Shown piece after piece: positions 26,116 to 35,607 of a stretch of 64,000 bases of DNA. The stretch comes from Hyalangium minutum (GTDB lineage: Bacteria > Myxococcota > Myxococcia > Myxococcales > Myxococcaceae). Location: the NCBI RefSeq assembly GCF_000737315.1, contig NZ_JMCB01000017.1, positions 183,666 through 247,665 of the forward strand. The letters are read 5' to 3'. Position 1 is the stretch's first letter, and each line of letters starts with the position of its first letter. A program made the position numbers and the translations under genes. Below the pieces are notes generated by a model. It had not been told where the DNA came from, made no database searches, and was given only the letters and a program-made list of their open reading frames with translations.

Positions 26116-27120
26116 TTACTGCCGGTACATCGTCACTTCGAGGGCGCTGTTCGGGCCCGGGAAGTTGTGGGCCTGCACCAGGATGGGGGCGATGTTCGGG
26201 TTGGAGCGGTACTCGGTGCCGCTGTTCGTCTTGGCGTACAGGGAGACCTTGTACGTGCCGGGCTTCAGGTAGCTGTAGACGATGGGCTTGTCGATGCAGT
26301 TGTGCCAGTCACCCAGCGCCCCGTACACCCACTGGCCCGTCGTGGTGTCCTGGAAGTTGAGGCCGATCTGCAGGGACGGAGACAGCGAGTTGCAGTCGAA
26401 CGTCACCGAGCCATCCGAGAACTTCCAGGAGATGGAGGCCCCGCCCACCGCGTACAGGTCATACAGCACGGCCACCGGGTTGTACGCCTGCGTCACGAGC
26501 TCACCGTTGAAGTAGTAGAGCGGCTGACCCGAGGGAGCGCGAGCGATGAACTCGATGAAGTGCGAGCCCGGATCCAGGTTCGGCGTCTGCAGGCCCTGAG
26601 CCGACTGACCCACCGTACAGTCGAAGTTGCGCGGCGCCATGTCATCCAGGGTGATGTCCACCGTGGCCACACCCGCCTGCCCGCAGCCCATGTTCCCCGG
26701 GAACCTCCAGTTCAGCAGGGCGTAGGACGTCGGGTTGCCCACGGGCGCCAGGTCCACCATCGCCGTCTTGTTGCCGTTGATGACGAAGGTGCCGCTGGCC
26801 TCGAAGATGATCTGGTTCTGGAAGTTCACTGCCTGCAGGGTGAAGTTGTACGAGCCGGGCGCGAAGTCATGCAGGGTGATGCCGTCCGAGCCCGCGGTGT
26901 TGCACGCGTACTTGCCGTCGTTCAGCAGCGACTCGCCGGGGATGATGACGTTGACCCCGTACACATCGCGCGCCTGGTCGCAGCGCAGCCCGTTGAACGT
27001 CCACAGGAACGTCACGTCGCCGGGGACCGACGGAGCAGGCCGGTGGTCGTCATCGACAACGATGCATCCCGTGGAGACTGAGGCAAGACAGAGGAATGCG
27101 AAGAGCAGCCGCGAGTTCAT
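26116..27120 (-). CDS. Lipoprotein with three repeated Cys-paired beta-rich domains
   Basis: Lipobox STGC; three units of W-x-F...C...C...PG[ST][YH]. Confidence 0.8.
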   Translation of the reverse strand: MNSRLLFAFLCLASVSTGCIVVDDDHRPAPSVPGDVTFLWTFNGLRCDQARDVYGVNVIIPGESLLNDGKYACNTAGSDGITLHDFAPGSYNFTLQAVNFQNQIIFEASGTFVINGNKTAMVDLAPVGNPTSYALLNWRFPGNMGCGQAGVATVDITLDDMAPRNFDCTVGQSAQGLQTPNLDPGSHFIEFIARAPSGQPLYYFNGELVTQAYNPVAVLYDLYAVGGASISWKFSDGSVTFDCNSLSPSLQIGLNFQDTTTGQWVYGALGDWHNCIDKPIVYSYLKPGTYKVSLYAKTNSGTEYRSNPNIAPILVQAHNFPGPNSALEVTMYRQ

Positions 27121-27289
27121 GGAAGCATCCAGTTCGTTGTGGGGACAGGCCGGGTAACCAAGCCGTTGTGCCCTTTAGGACGGGGACCTTCGGGAATTAT
27201 TCATGAACTCCAACCCCTCTGCCTGCTCGCCTCCCTGCCTCCTCTGCTTTGTTTGACCACCCTGGATCGGAGTGCTACGGCCTGTGTCC

Positions 27290-28009
27290 ATGATGTCGCA
27301 CCTGATGTCGCACCTGCCCCTGGCGCTCGGCGCCATGAACTACCTGGAGATCATCCGCGGCGCCTCGCTCATCGAGCTGTCCGTGCTCGGGCTGCTCATG
27401 GGCGTCTCCGTGGCCTCCTGGGCCCTCATCGTCATGAAGCACAACCAGCTGTCCCGGGCTCGCGCACAGTCGCTCACCTTTCTGGACACGTTCTGGAAGG
27501 GAACGCGGCTGGAGGGCATCTACCAGACGGCGCAGAAGCTGGAGGGCTCGCCTCTGTCGAAGGTGTTCTGCGCTGGGTACGAGGAGCTGTCCAAGCTGGC
27601 CCAGGTCAAGGAAGGCGCGGACGGAGCCATGAGTGAGCGTCTGGGCGGCATCGAGAACGTGGAGCGGGCGCTGAACCGCGCGGCCACGGCGCAGATCATG
27701 GAGCTGGAGTCGCGGGTGCCGTTCCTGGGGACGGTGGGCGCGGCGGCGCCGTTCGTGGGGCTGTTCGGCACGGTGATTGGCATCCTGAACGCGTTCAACG
27801 AGATCGCCGACAAGGGCAACGCCACGCTGTCCACGGTGGCCGCACCGGTGGGCAACGCGCTGTTCGCCACGGCGGCGGGCCTGTTCGCCGCGATTCCGGC
27901 GGTGGTGGCGTACAACTCGTTCGTCAGCCGCATCAAGATCTTCGACACGGAGATGGCCAACTTCTCCGCGGACTTCCTCAACATCGTCAAGCGGCACTTC
28001 TTCAAGTAG
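27290..28009 (+). CDS. tolQ: TolQ (MotA/TolQ/ExbB family; AglX-like)
   Basis: FLGTVGAAAPFVGLFGTV, ALFATAAGL, AIPAV; start among ATGs 27290-27305. Confidence 0.92.
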   Translation: MMSHLMSHLPLALGAMNYLEIIRGASLIELSVLGLLMGVSVASWALIVMKHNQLSRARAQSLTFLDTFWKGTRLEGIYQTAQKLEGSPLSKVFCAGYEELSKLAQVKEGADGAMSERLGGIENVERALNRAATAQIMELESRVPFLGTVGAAAPFVGLFGTVIGILNAFNEIADKGNATLSTVAAPVGNALFATAAGLFAAIPAVVAYNSFVSRIKIFDTEMANFSADFLNIVKRHFFK

Positions 28010-28020
28010 GAGCGCGCGCC

Positions 28021-28503
28021 ATGGGTATGAGCGGAGGCAACCGCGGCCAGGGCCGCGTCACCATGAGCGAGATCAACGTCACGCCCATGGTGGACGTGAT
28101 GCTGGTGCTGCTCATCATCTTCATGGTGACGGCGCCCCTCATTCAGCAGGGCGTCAAGGTGAACCTCCCGGAGGCCAAGGCCACGCCCGTGGAGGCCGCA
28201 GACAAGAAGCTGGTGCTCTCCATCGATACCGCGCACCGCGTCTTCATCGGGGACGCCGAGGTGGCGCTGAACGAGCTGGAGACGAAGCTGGCCGCCAACG
28301 CCAAGGCCCAGGCCGACAAGGAGTTGTACCTCCATGCGGACCGGGACGTGCCCTACGGCATTGTGGTCGAGGTCATGGCGGCGGCCCAGCGCGCGGGCAT
28401 CACCAACGTGGGGATGATCACGGACCCAGCGGCGGGTGCGGCGGCGTCCAAGGGAGGCAGCAACACCTCCAAGGGAAGCCCCAAGAAAGAGGCAAAGCGC
28501 TAG
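28021..28503 (+). CDS. tolR: TolR (ExbD/TolR family; AglV-like)
   Basis: EINVTPMVDVMLVLLIIFMVTAP, ADRDVPYG. Confidence 0.94.
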   Translation: MGMSGGNRGQGRVTMSEINVTPMVDVMLVLLIIFMVTAPLIQQGVKVNLPEAKATPVEAADKKLVLSIDTAHRVFIGDAEVALNELETKLAANAKAQADKELYLHADRDVPYGIVVEVMAAAQRAGITNVGMITDPAAGAAASKGGSNTSKGSPKKEAKR

Positions 28504-28506
28504 CCC

Positions 28507-29280
28507 ATGTCGCTCCACCCCGCTGTCGCCCAGAGCATGCTCGTGGCCCGGCCCTCGCGGCTGAGCCTGTTCGTCGGCGTGTCCGTCGCCGGGCATGGGC
28601 TGCTGCTCGTCATCGGGCTGGTGTACTCGGCCCTGACAGCGGGGCCGAAGGTGGACCCGAAAATCCCCGTCATCAAGGCCTCGCTCGTGCGCCAGGGAAA
28701 GCCGCGCGACGAGAAGCTGCTGCCGCGCAAGGAGCAGCCTCCGCCTCCGCCCAAGGAGGTGAAGGCGCCTCCCGCTCCGCCCTCCGAAGCCGCCAAGCCC
28801 CCAGACAAGTCCGTGGTCCCCGTGCCCGTGGCCAAGCCACAGCCTGCCCCTGCTCCGCAGAAGGGTGACACCTCGGGCGAGGACCGGCGCAAGCGGCTGT
28901 TCGGTGCCTTCGACAAGACGGCGAAGCAGGCCCCGCCCGAAGAGCTCGAGGGCGCCGAGGACGGCGATCCGGACGGCGACTCCGCCACCGCCGAGGGCGA
29001 GCGCTACTTCGCGCTGCTGTCCACCCAGGTCCGCCGCAACTACGACGTCGCCGACACCATCCCCGATGCCGAGCGGATGTACCTCAAGGCGCAGGTGCAG
29101 GTGCGCCTGGGCCGGGCTGGCGAGGTGCTCGAGACGCGCCTGGCCACCGGCAGCGGGAACGATCTGTTCGATACCGCCGTGCTGTCCGCGGTGAAGAAAG
29201 CCGCTCCCTTCTCCCCTCCCCCTGATCATCTGCGTGACTCGCTCCAGAAGCAGGGGGTCGTCCTGGAGTTCCGCCCGTGA
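28507..29280 (+). CDS. tolA: TolA/TonB-family energy transducer
   Basis: N-terminal TM with H (VAGHGLL), Pro-rich linker, TonB-C-like end (SGNDLFD...AAPF). Confidence 0.78.
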   Translation: MSLHPAVAQSMLVARPSRLSLFVGVSVAGHGLLLVIGLVYSALTAGPKVDPKIPVIKASLVRQGKPRDEKLLPRKEQPPPPPKEVKAPPAPPSEAAKPPDKSVVPVPVAKPQPAPAPQKGDTSGEDRRKRLFGAFDKTAKQAPPEELEGAEDGDPDGDSATAEGERYFALLSTQVRRNYDVADTIPDAERMYLKAQVQVRLGRAGEVLETRLATGSGNDLFDTAVLSAVKKAAPFSPPPDHLRDSLQKQGVVLEFRP

Positions 29281-30557
29281 AAGCCCTCCTCCTCTCGCTT
29301 CTGCTCCTTCCGATCGCGGCTCTCGCCCAGGCTCCGGTCATCCAGATCTCCGGGGCCAACTTCCGCCCCATGCCCCTCGCCGTCCCCGCGCCCCTGAGCG
29401 TGGACGAGGGCGGCAAACGGCTCGCCAATGACTTCGACGAGGCCTTCCTGTTCGACCTGCGCGCCTCCGGCATCTTCCAGGTGCTGGACCGCGCCAGCTT
29501 CACCGCCGACCCCAAGGAGGGGATGACGGCAGGCAGCATCAACTTCGCGCGCTGGTCGGACGTGGGCGCCGAGTCGCTCGTAAAGGTGCAGCTGGGCGCC
29601 GAGGGCAACACCCTGCGCGGCGAGCTGCGCCTGTTCAACGTCGGCACCGGCCGCGAGGACTTCAAGGCCAGCCACGACGTGCCCAGCACCGAGCCTCGCC
29701 AGTTGGCGCACCTGCTCGCGGACGCGCTCTACCGCCACCTCACCCGCGAGGCCAGCCCGTTCCTCTCGCGCATCGTCTTCGTGCGCAAGGCGGGCTCCAA
29801 CCGGGACGTGGTCGTGTCCGACTGGGACGGCAACAATGCCCGCGCCCTCACCAATGGCGGCATCAACCTGCTGCCCGCCCTGGGTCCCGGTGGCGCCGTG
29901 GGCTTCACCTCCTACCGGAAGGGCAAGCCGGACCTCTACATCCAGAAGCCCGGCGAGGAGCCCAAGCAGGTGGAGCAAAGCGGGCAGATGGCCACCGGCA
30001 TCGCCTTCTCTCCGGATGGCAAGCGCATCGCCTACGCGCTCGCCGAGGGCGAGAGCACCCAGCTCTATGTGGCCAACGCGGATGGCAGCTCGCCCAAGAA
30101 GATCACCGACACGCCCTACGGCATCAACTCCAGCCCCGCCTGGTCACCGGACGGCAAGCGCATCGCCTTCGTGTCCAACCGGGGCGGCTCGCCGCAGCTC
30201 TACGTGATGAGCGCGGACGGCTCGAGCCCGCGCCGACTCACCTTCCAGGGCAACTACAACCAGACGCCGGACTGGTCGCCTCGCGGGGACCTCATTGCCT
30301 TCACCGCCCGCGATGAGCGCAACGCGTTCGACCTGTTCACGGTGAACGTGGACACCGGGAAGATCACCCGCCTCACCCAGGACCAGGGCAACAACGAGGA
30401 GCCCACCTTCTCGCCCAATGGCCGCCTCATCCTCTTCACCTCCACCCGAGACGGCACACCCCGGCTCTACGTGATGACGGCGGATGGCAACAACCAGCTC
30501 GCCCTGCCCATGGACAAGGCCGGGGGCCTCACGCCCGACTGGGCCCCGGCGCAATGA
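29277..30557 (+). CDS. tolB: TolB beta-propeller (AglW-like)
   Basis: Signal peptide, PD40 repeats (FSPDGKRI, WSPDGKRIAF, WSPRG, FSPNG). Confidence 0.92.
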   Translation: MKALLLSLLLLPIAALAQAPVIQISGANFRPMPLAVPAPLSVDEGGKRLANDFDEAFLFDLRASGIFQVLDRASFTADPKEGMTAGSINFARWSDVGAESLVKVQLGAEGNTLRGELRLFNVGTGREDFKASHDVPSTEPRQLAHLLADALYRHLTREASPFLSRIVFVRKAGSNRDVVVSDWDGNNARALTNGGINLLPALGPGGAVGFTSYRKGKPDLYIQKPGEEPKQVEQSGQMATGIAFSPDGKRIAYALAEGESTQLYVANADGSSPKKITDTPYGINSSPAWSPDGKRIAFVSNRGGSPQLYVMSADGSSPRRLTFQGNYNQTPDWSPRGDLIAFTARDERNAFDLFTVNVDTGKITRLTQDQGNNEEPTFSPNGRLILFTSTRDGTPRLYVMTADGNNQLALPMDKAGGLTPDWAPAQ

Positions 30558-31741
30558 GCGGTTCGCCGCTGCGCTCGCGCTGGTCGCTGGATCCGGAGAT
30601 CACCTTCCTCAACCACGGCTCGTTCGGCGCCTGCCCCACCGAGGTGCTTCAGGCCCAGACCGAGCTGCGCGCGCGACTGGAGGCCGAGCCCGTCCGCTTC
30701 TTCGCGCGGGAGCTCGAGCCGCTACTCGATGAAGCTCGCGGCGCACTGGGTGCCTTCCTCGACGCGGATCCGGACGACCTGGCCTTCGTGTCCAACGCCA
30801 CCGCGGGCGTCAACACGGTGCTGCGCTCGCTGCAGCTCTCTCCCGGCGACGAGCTGATCACCACCAACCACGAGTACAACGCCTCGCGCAACGCGCTGGA
30901 CTGGGCCGCCGGCCGCATGGGCGTGAAAGTGGTGGTGGCCCGGCTGCCCTGGCCCTCTCCCACGCCTCAGGCCGTGGTGAACGCCGTCATGGAGCAGGTG
31001 ACTCCCCGCACCAAGCTGCTGCTCATCGACCACATCAGCAGCCAGACGGCGCTCGTTCTCCCCCTCCACGAGATCCTCCATCGCATGCGGGAGCAGGGCG
31101 TGGAGACGCTCGTGGATGGCGCACACGGCCCCGGCCAGGTGCCCTTGTCCCTTCGCACGCTCGGCGTCGGCTACTACACCGGCAACTGTCACAAGTGGCT
31201 CTGCGCTCCCAAGAGCGCGGCCTTCCTCTACGTGCGCAGAGACTTGCAGGCCGGGCTCAAGCCTCTGTCCGTCAGCCATGGCCACAACTCGCCGCGCCGG
31301 GACCGCTCCCGCTTCCGGCTGGATTTCGACTGGACGGGCACCCATGACCCCTCCGCGGTGCTCTGTGTCCCTCTGGCCCTGCGCGTCATGGGCGGACTGC
31401 TGCCCGGAGGCTGGCCCGCGCTGATGGCAGACAACCGTGCCAAGGCCCTGGCCGCTCGCAAGCTCCTCTGTGAGCGCCTCGGCGTTGCCCCCCATTGCCC
31501 CGACGAGATGGTGGGCGCCATGGCCACCGTGGGCCTCCCGGACGGCTACCCCTTGGAGCCCTCGCCTCCGCACTACCTGGACCCGCTCCAGGACCGGCTC
31601 TTCTTCGACTACAAGATCGAAGTGCCCATCACCGCCTGGCCCAAGGCGCCCCAGCGTCACCTCCGGCTGTCCGCTCAGGCCTACAACTCGCACACGGAGT
31701 ACCAGCGGCTGGGTGATGCTTTGGAAGCGCTCCTGCGTTGA
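30554..31741 (+). CDS. PLP-dependent aminotransferase class V (isopenicillin-N epimerase/Egt2-like lyase)
   Basis: FLNHGSFG, VDGAHG, GNCHKWLCAPK. Confidence 0.85.
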   Translation: MSGSPLRSRWSLDPEITFLNHGSFGACPTEVLQAQTELRARLEAEPVRFFARELEPLLDEARGALGAFLDADPDDLAFVSNATAGVNTVLRSLQLSPGDELITTNHEYNASRNALDWAAGRMGVKVVVARLPWPSPTPQAVVNAVMEQVTPRTKLLLIDHISSQTALVLPLHEILHRMREQGVETLVDGAHGPGQVPLSLRTLGVGYYTGNCHKWLCAPKSAAFLYVRRDLQAGLKPLSVSHGHNSPRRDRSRFRLDFDWTGTHDPSAVLCVPLALRVMGGLLPGGWPALMADNRAKALAARKLLCERLGVAPHCPDEMVGAMATVGLPDGYPLEPSPPHYLDPLQDRLFFDYKIEVPITAWPKAPQRHLRLSAQAYNSHTEYQRLGDALEALLR

Positions 31742-31755
31742 GTAGGCTCGCTGGA

Positions 31756-32685
31756 ATGCCTCGCTTTGCCACCATCGACGTGGGCACCAACTCGGTCCTC
31801 CTGCTCGTCGCGGACCGAACTCCCGAAGGTCAGTTCCAAGCCATCCTCGAGAAGGCCGAGATCACCCGGCTGGGCCGAGGCGTGGACAAGAGCCGCCGCC
31901 TCTCTCCCGAGGGCATGAGCGCCACACTCGAGGTGCTGACGGCCTTCGCCAACGAGGCCCGTGAGCTGGGCGCCGAGGGCATCGCCGTGTCCGCCACCAG
32001 CGCGGCCCGGGACGCCCAGAACGGCGCGGAGTTCCTCCAGGCCGCCCAGAAGCAGGCCGGTGTCACCGTGGAGATCATCTCCGGCGAGCTGGAGGCCCAG
32101 CTGTCCTTCGCCTCGGCCTACATGGACTTCGGCAGCGAGGCGGCCGGGCCGCTGCTCGTCATCGACATTGGCGGCGGCTCCACCGAGTTCATCTACGGCA
32201 ACAGCGCCGGCCGGGTGGACTTCCGCCACAGCTTTGACGTGGGCTCGGTGCGCCTCACCGAGCGTTTCATCCACTCCGATCCCGTCCCTCCCGCGGAGCG
32301 CGAGCGCGTCACCGCCCACCTTCGGGAGACCTTCTCCTCGCTGCCGCCTCCGCCGCCTGCCTCCGAGCTGGTAGGCGTGGCCGGGACGGTGACGACGCTC
32401 TACGCGCTCCAGCACCGGATCGATCCCTACGACTCCACGCGCGTGCACGGTGGAACCCTCACGGCCCTGCAGCTCGGACAGCTGGTGGATCAGCTCTGCT
32501 CGCTGCCGCTGGCCGACCGCCGCACCCTGCCCGGCCTCCAGCCCAAGCGCGCCGATGTCATCCCCGCCGGTGCGCTCATCCTGCACGAGGCCCTGCGCGC
32601 CCTCGGGCTCGACGAGTGCCGCGTGAGTGATCGCGGTCTGCGCTGGGGGCTGATGGCGCACCGCTTCGGGGCCTCCCGCTCATGA
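31756..32685 (+). CDS. Ppx/GppA phosphatase family protein
   Basis: IDVGTNS, EAQLSF, DIGGGSTE, GVAGT, GLRWG. Confidence 0.9.
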   Translation: MPRFATIDVGTNSVLLLVADRTPEGQFQAILEKAEITRLGRGVDKSRRLSPEGMSATLEVLTAFANEARELGAEGIAVSATSAARDAQNGAEFLQAAQKQAGVTVEIISGELEAQLSFASAYMDFGSEAAGPLLVIDIGGGSTEFIYGNSAGRVDFRHSFDVGSVRLTERFIHSDPVPPAERERVTAHLRETFSSLPPPPPASELVGVAGTVTTLYALQHRIDPYDSTRVHGGTLTALQLGQLVDQLCSLPLADRRTLPGLQPKRADVIPAGALILHEALRALGLDECRVSDRGLRWGLMAHRFGASRS

Positions 32686-33944
32686 GCTCACTGCCAGCGG
32701 TGGCCGCGCCCGCGCCCGCGCGGGACTACTCGCGCGCGCACTACGCCCTCTTCATCCTCACGCAGATCAACCTGGTCAACTACCTCGACCGGTACATCGT
32801 CGCGAGCGCCCTGCCCAGCATCCAGAACGACCTGGGCATCAACAACACGCAGGCGGGCCTGCTCAGCACCGTCTTCATCGTGGTGTTCATGCTGGCCTCG
32901 CCGCTCGGCGGCTACCTTGGGGACAGGATCCCCCGGAAGTACCTCGTGGCGGGCGGGGTGCTCCTCTGGAGCCTCGCAACGGGGGCCTCGGGTCTGGCGG
33001 GCACCTTCGTGACGCTGCTGCTCGCGCGAGCTGTCATCGGCATCGGCGAGGCGGGCTATGGCGCGGTGGCGCCCTCCATCATCTCGGACCTCTACCCGCG
33101 CGAGCTGCGCACGCGGATGCTCGCGTTCTTCTACATCGCCATCCCCGTGGGCGCCGCGGCGGGCTACGGCCTGGGTGGCTTTCTGACCAGCACGTACTCG
33201 TGGCACGCGGCCTTCTTCGCGGGCGGAGTACCGGGGCTCCTCCTGGGGACGCTGGCCTGCTTCATGCCCGAGCCTCAGCGCGGCGCCATGGACGGGCCGG
33301 ACGCGCAGACGAAGCTGCCCTTCCGCGTGGGGCTCAAGGGGCTGGCGGGCAACAAGGCCTTCTGGGCCACCACGGCGGGCTACACGCTGATGACGTTCTC
33401 CATCGGCGGGCTGGGGCAGTGGATGCCCACATATATGGTGAGGGTTCGCGGGATGGCGGAGGGCCAGGCGGGCCTCCTCTTCGGCGGCGTGACGGCCGTG
33501 GCGGGCCTGCTGGGCACGGTGGCGGGCGGGTGGCTCGGGGACAAGATGGACCGGCGCCGCGAGGGCGGTGGCCTGCTCCTGTCCGGCGTGGGCCTGCTGC
33601 TGGCTTCTCCGTTCATGTACCTCGCGCTGCACCTGGAGTCCGAGGTGGCCACGTTCGCCGTCATTGGCGTGGCGCAGTTCCTCATCTTCCTCAACAGCGG
33701 CCCCATCAACGCGGCGATCGTCAACTGCGTGCAGCCCTCCTTCCGCGCCTTCGCCATGGGGCTGAACGTGCTGTGCATCCACATGCTGGGAGACGCCATC
33801 TCGCCCACGCTCATTGGCGCCATCGCCGACGCGTCCACCCTCACCCGAGCCATCGAGGTGAACGCCGTGCCCGTGCTCTTCGGCGGTATGGCGCTGCTCA
33901 TGGGCGCGAAGCTGTACCACGAGGCCGTCCCCCGCCCACGCTGA
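32682..33944 (+). CDS. MFS transporter (spinster-like)
   Basis: NYLDRY, GYLGDR, GIGEAGY, about 12 TM. Confidence 0.88.
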   Translation: MSSLPAVAAPAPARDYSRAHYALFILTQINLVNYLDRYIVASALPSIQNDLGINNTQAGLLSTVFIVVFMLASPLGGYLGDRIPRKYLVAGGVLLWSLATGASGLAGTFVTLLLARAVIGIGEAGYGAVAPSIISDLYPRELRTRMLAFFYIAIPVGAAAGYGLGGFLTSTYSWHAAFFAGGVPGLLLGTLACFMPEPQRGAMDGPDAQTKLPFRVGLKGLAGNKAFWATTAGYTLMTFSIGGLGQWMPTYMVRVRGMAEGQAGLLFGGVTAVAGLLGTVAGGWLGDKMDRRREGGGLLLSGVGLLLASPFMYLALHLESEVATFAVIGVAQFLIFLNSGPINAAIVNCVQPSFRAFAMGLNVLCIHMLGDAISPTLIGAIADASTLTRAIEVNAVPVLFGGMALLMGAKLYHEAVPRPR

Positions 33945-34138
33945 GCAGGGGACAGCCGGTGAGGCGCTGGGTTCACGCGCCCCACGGTGGCTCGCCCATC
34001 AGCGAGAGTAGGAACTCTGGGCCGGGAGCGATGGAGGGGCTTGCTGGACTGGCTGCCTCCTGCTCGATGGCCTGTGTGGCTAGTTTCTCCATACGAGGGT
34101 TCGCTCCGAGGAGGGGCTGCCCTGAAGAGGAGACAGCC

Positions 34139-35575
34139 ATGCCCACCTCCATCGCAACCCAAGCTGGAGGGCAACCGACAATTCGCCCCCAGGTCTCCGT
34201 GTCGCGCACCATCCTCATGTCCACGGTGGCCGCGCTGGGAGGGTTCCTCTTCGGCTTCGACACCGCGGTCATCAACGGCACCATCAGCGCCGTGCAGGCC
34301 ACTTTCCAGGCGAGCGAGTGGGTCCTGGGACTGACGGTGTCCGCGGCGCTCGTGGGCTCGGCCGTCGGAGCCTTCTCCTCGGGCCACCTCGCGGACCGCC
34401 TGGGCCGGCCTCGCACCATGGTCATGGCCTCGGTGCTGTTCCTCATCAGCGCGCTCGGGTCGGGGCTCGCGGGCTCGCTCTGGAGCCTGGGGCTGTGGCG
34501 GCTCGTCGGCGGCGCGGCCATCGGCATGGCCAGTGTCATCGCTCCGGCCTACATCGCGGAGATCTCCCCGGCGCACCTGCGGGGACGGCTCGGCTCGCTG
34601 CAGCAGATGGCCATCGTCATCGGCATCTTCGCGGCCCTCATGAGCGACTACGCCCTGGCCACCCAAGCGGGCTCGGCCAACTCCGTGCACTGGCTGGGCT
34701 TAGCAGCCTGGCGGTGGATGTTCTTCTCCGCGGTGCCGCCCGCGCTCCTCTACGGCGTTGGAGCGCTCCTCATCCCCGAGTCCCCGCGACACCTCGTCGC
34801 GCGCGGGCGCGAGACAGAGGCCCTGAAGGTGCTCCAAACCATCGTCGGGGACCTCGCGCCCTCCAAGCTGGTGGAGATCCGCGGCACGATCCACACCACG
34901 AACGCCGCCCGGCTGAGGGACTTGCGCGGGCCTCGGTTCGGGCTGCTGCCCGTGGTCTGGGTGGGCATCGTCCTGGCGATGCTCCAGCAGTTCGTGGGCA
35001 TCAACGTCATCTTCTACTACTCGAGCGTGCTGTGGCAGGCGGTGGGCTTCTCCGAGCAGAGCTCGCTGGCCATCACGGTCATCACCAGCATCACCAACAT
35101 CGTGACGACGGTGCTCGCCATCCTGTGCGTGGATCGATTCGGGCGGAAGCCATTGCTGATCGTGGGCTCGGTGGGCATGGCGCTCACGCTCGGGGTGCTG
35201 GCCTACCTGTTCGGCACCGCGGGGCTCGATGTGCATGGCAACCCCGTGCTGCACGGCAGCAGCAGCGTGCTGGCGCTGATCTGCGCCAACCTGTACGTGT
35301 TCTGCTTCGGGTTCTCATGGGGCCCTGTGGTGTGGGTCATGCTGGGGGAGATGTTCCCCAACCGCATCCGGGCGGTAGCCCTGGCGCTTGCGGCGGCAGC
35401 GCAGTGGGTGGCCAACTTCGCGGTGTCCGCCACGTTCCCCACGCTCCAGAGCGCGGGCCTCGGGCTGGCCTACGGGCTCTACACAGCGGCGGCGGTGCTC
35501 TCGCTCCTGTTCACCGTGAAGTACATCCGCGAGACGAAGGGCAAGGAGCTGGAGCACATCGAGCACGAGACCTGA
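34139..35575 (+). CDS. Sugar porter family MFS transporter (GlcP/XylE-like)
   Basis: ATG with GAGGAG SD; FGFDTAVING, DRLGR, YIAEISP, PESPR, QQFVGINVIFYY, DRFGRK, EMFP, ETKG. Confidence 0.93.
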   Translation: MPTSIATQAGGQPTIRPQVSVSRTILMSTVAALGGFLFGFDTAVINGTISAVQATFQASEWVLGLTVSAALVGSAVGAFSSGHLADRLGRPRTMVMASVLFLISALGSGLAGSLWSLGLWRLVGGAAIGMASVIAPAYIAEISPAHLRGRLGSLQQMAIVIGIFAALMSDYALATQAGSANSVHWLGLAAWRWMFFSAVPPALLYGVGALLIPESPRHLVARGRETEALKVLQTIVGDLAPSKLVEIRGTIHTTNAARLRDLRGPRFGLLPVVWVGIVLAMLQQFVGINVIFYYSSVLWQAVGFSEQSSLAITVITSITNIVTTVLAILCVDRFGRKPLLIVGSVGMALTLGVLAYLFGTAGLDVHGNPVLHGSSSVLALICANLYVFCFGFSWGPVVWVMLGEMFPNRIRAVALALAAAAQWVANFAVSATFPTLQSAGLGLAYGLYTAAAVLSLLFTVKYIRETKGKELEHIEHET

Positions 35576-35607
35576 GCGAAGGCGGTCAGGCCCTCCAGCG
35601 TGGCTCC

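Noticed and set aside
27253-27281. TTGACC-N17-TACGGC promoter for tolQ
   Set aside because: Poor -10 match; cannot be supported without TSS data.
33200-34138. Apparent 313-aa N-terminal extension of the sugar porter
   Set aside because: Overlaps the upstream MFS in another frame; a clear SD+ATG at 34139 gives a normal-length porter.
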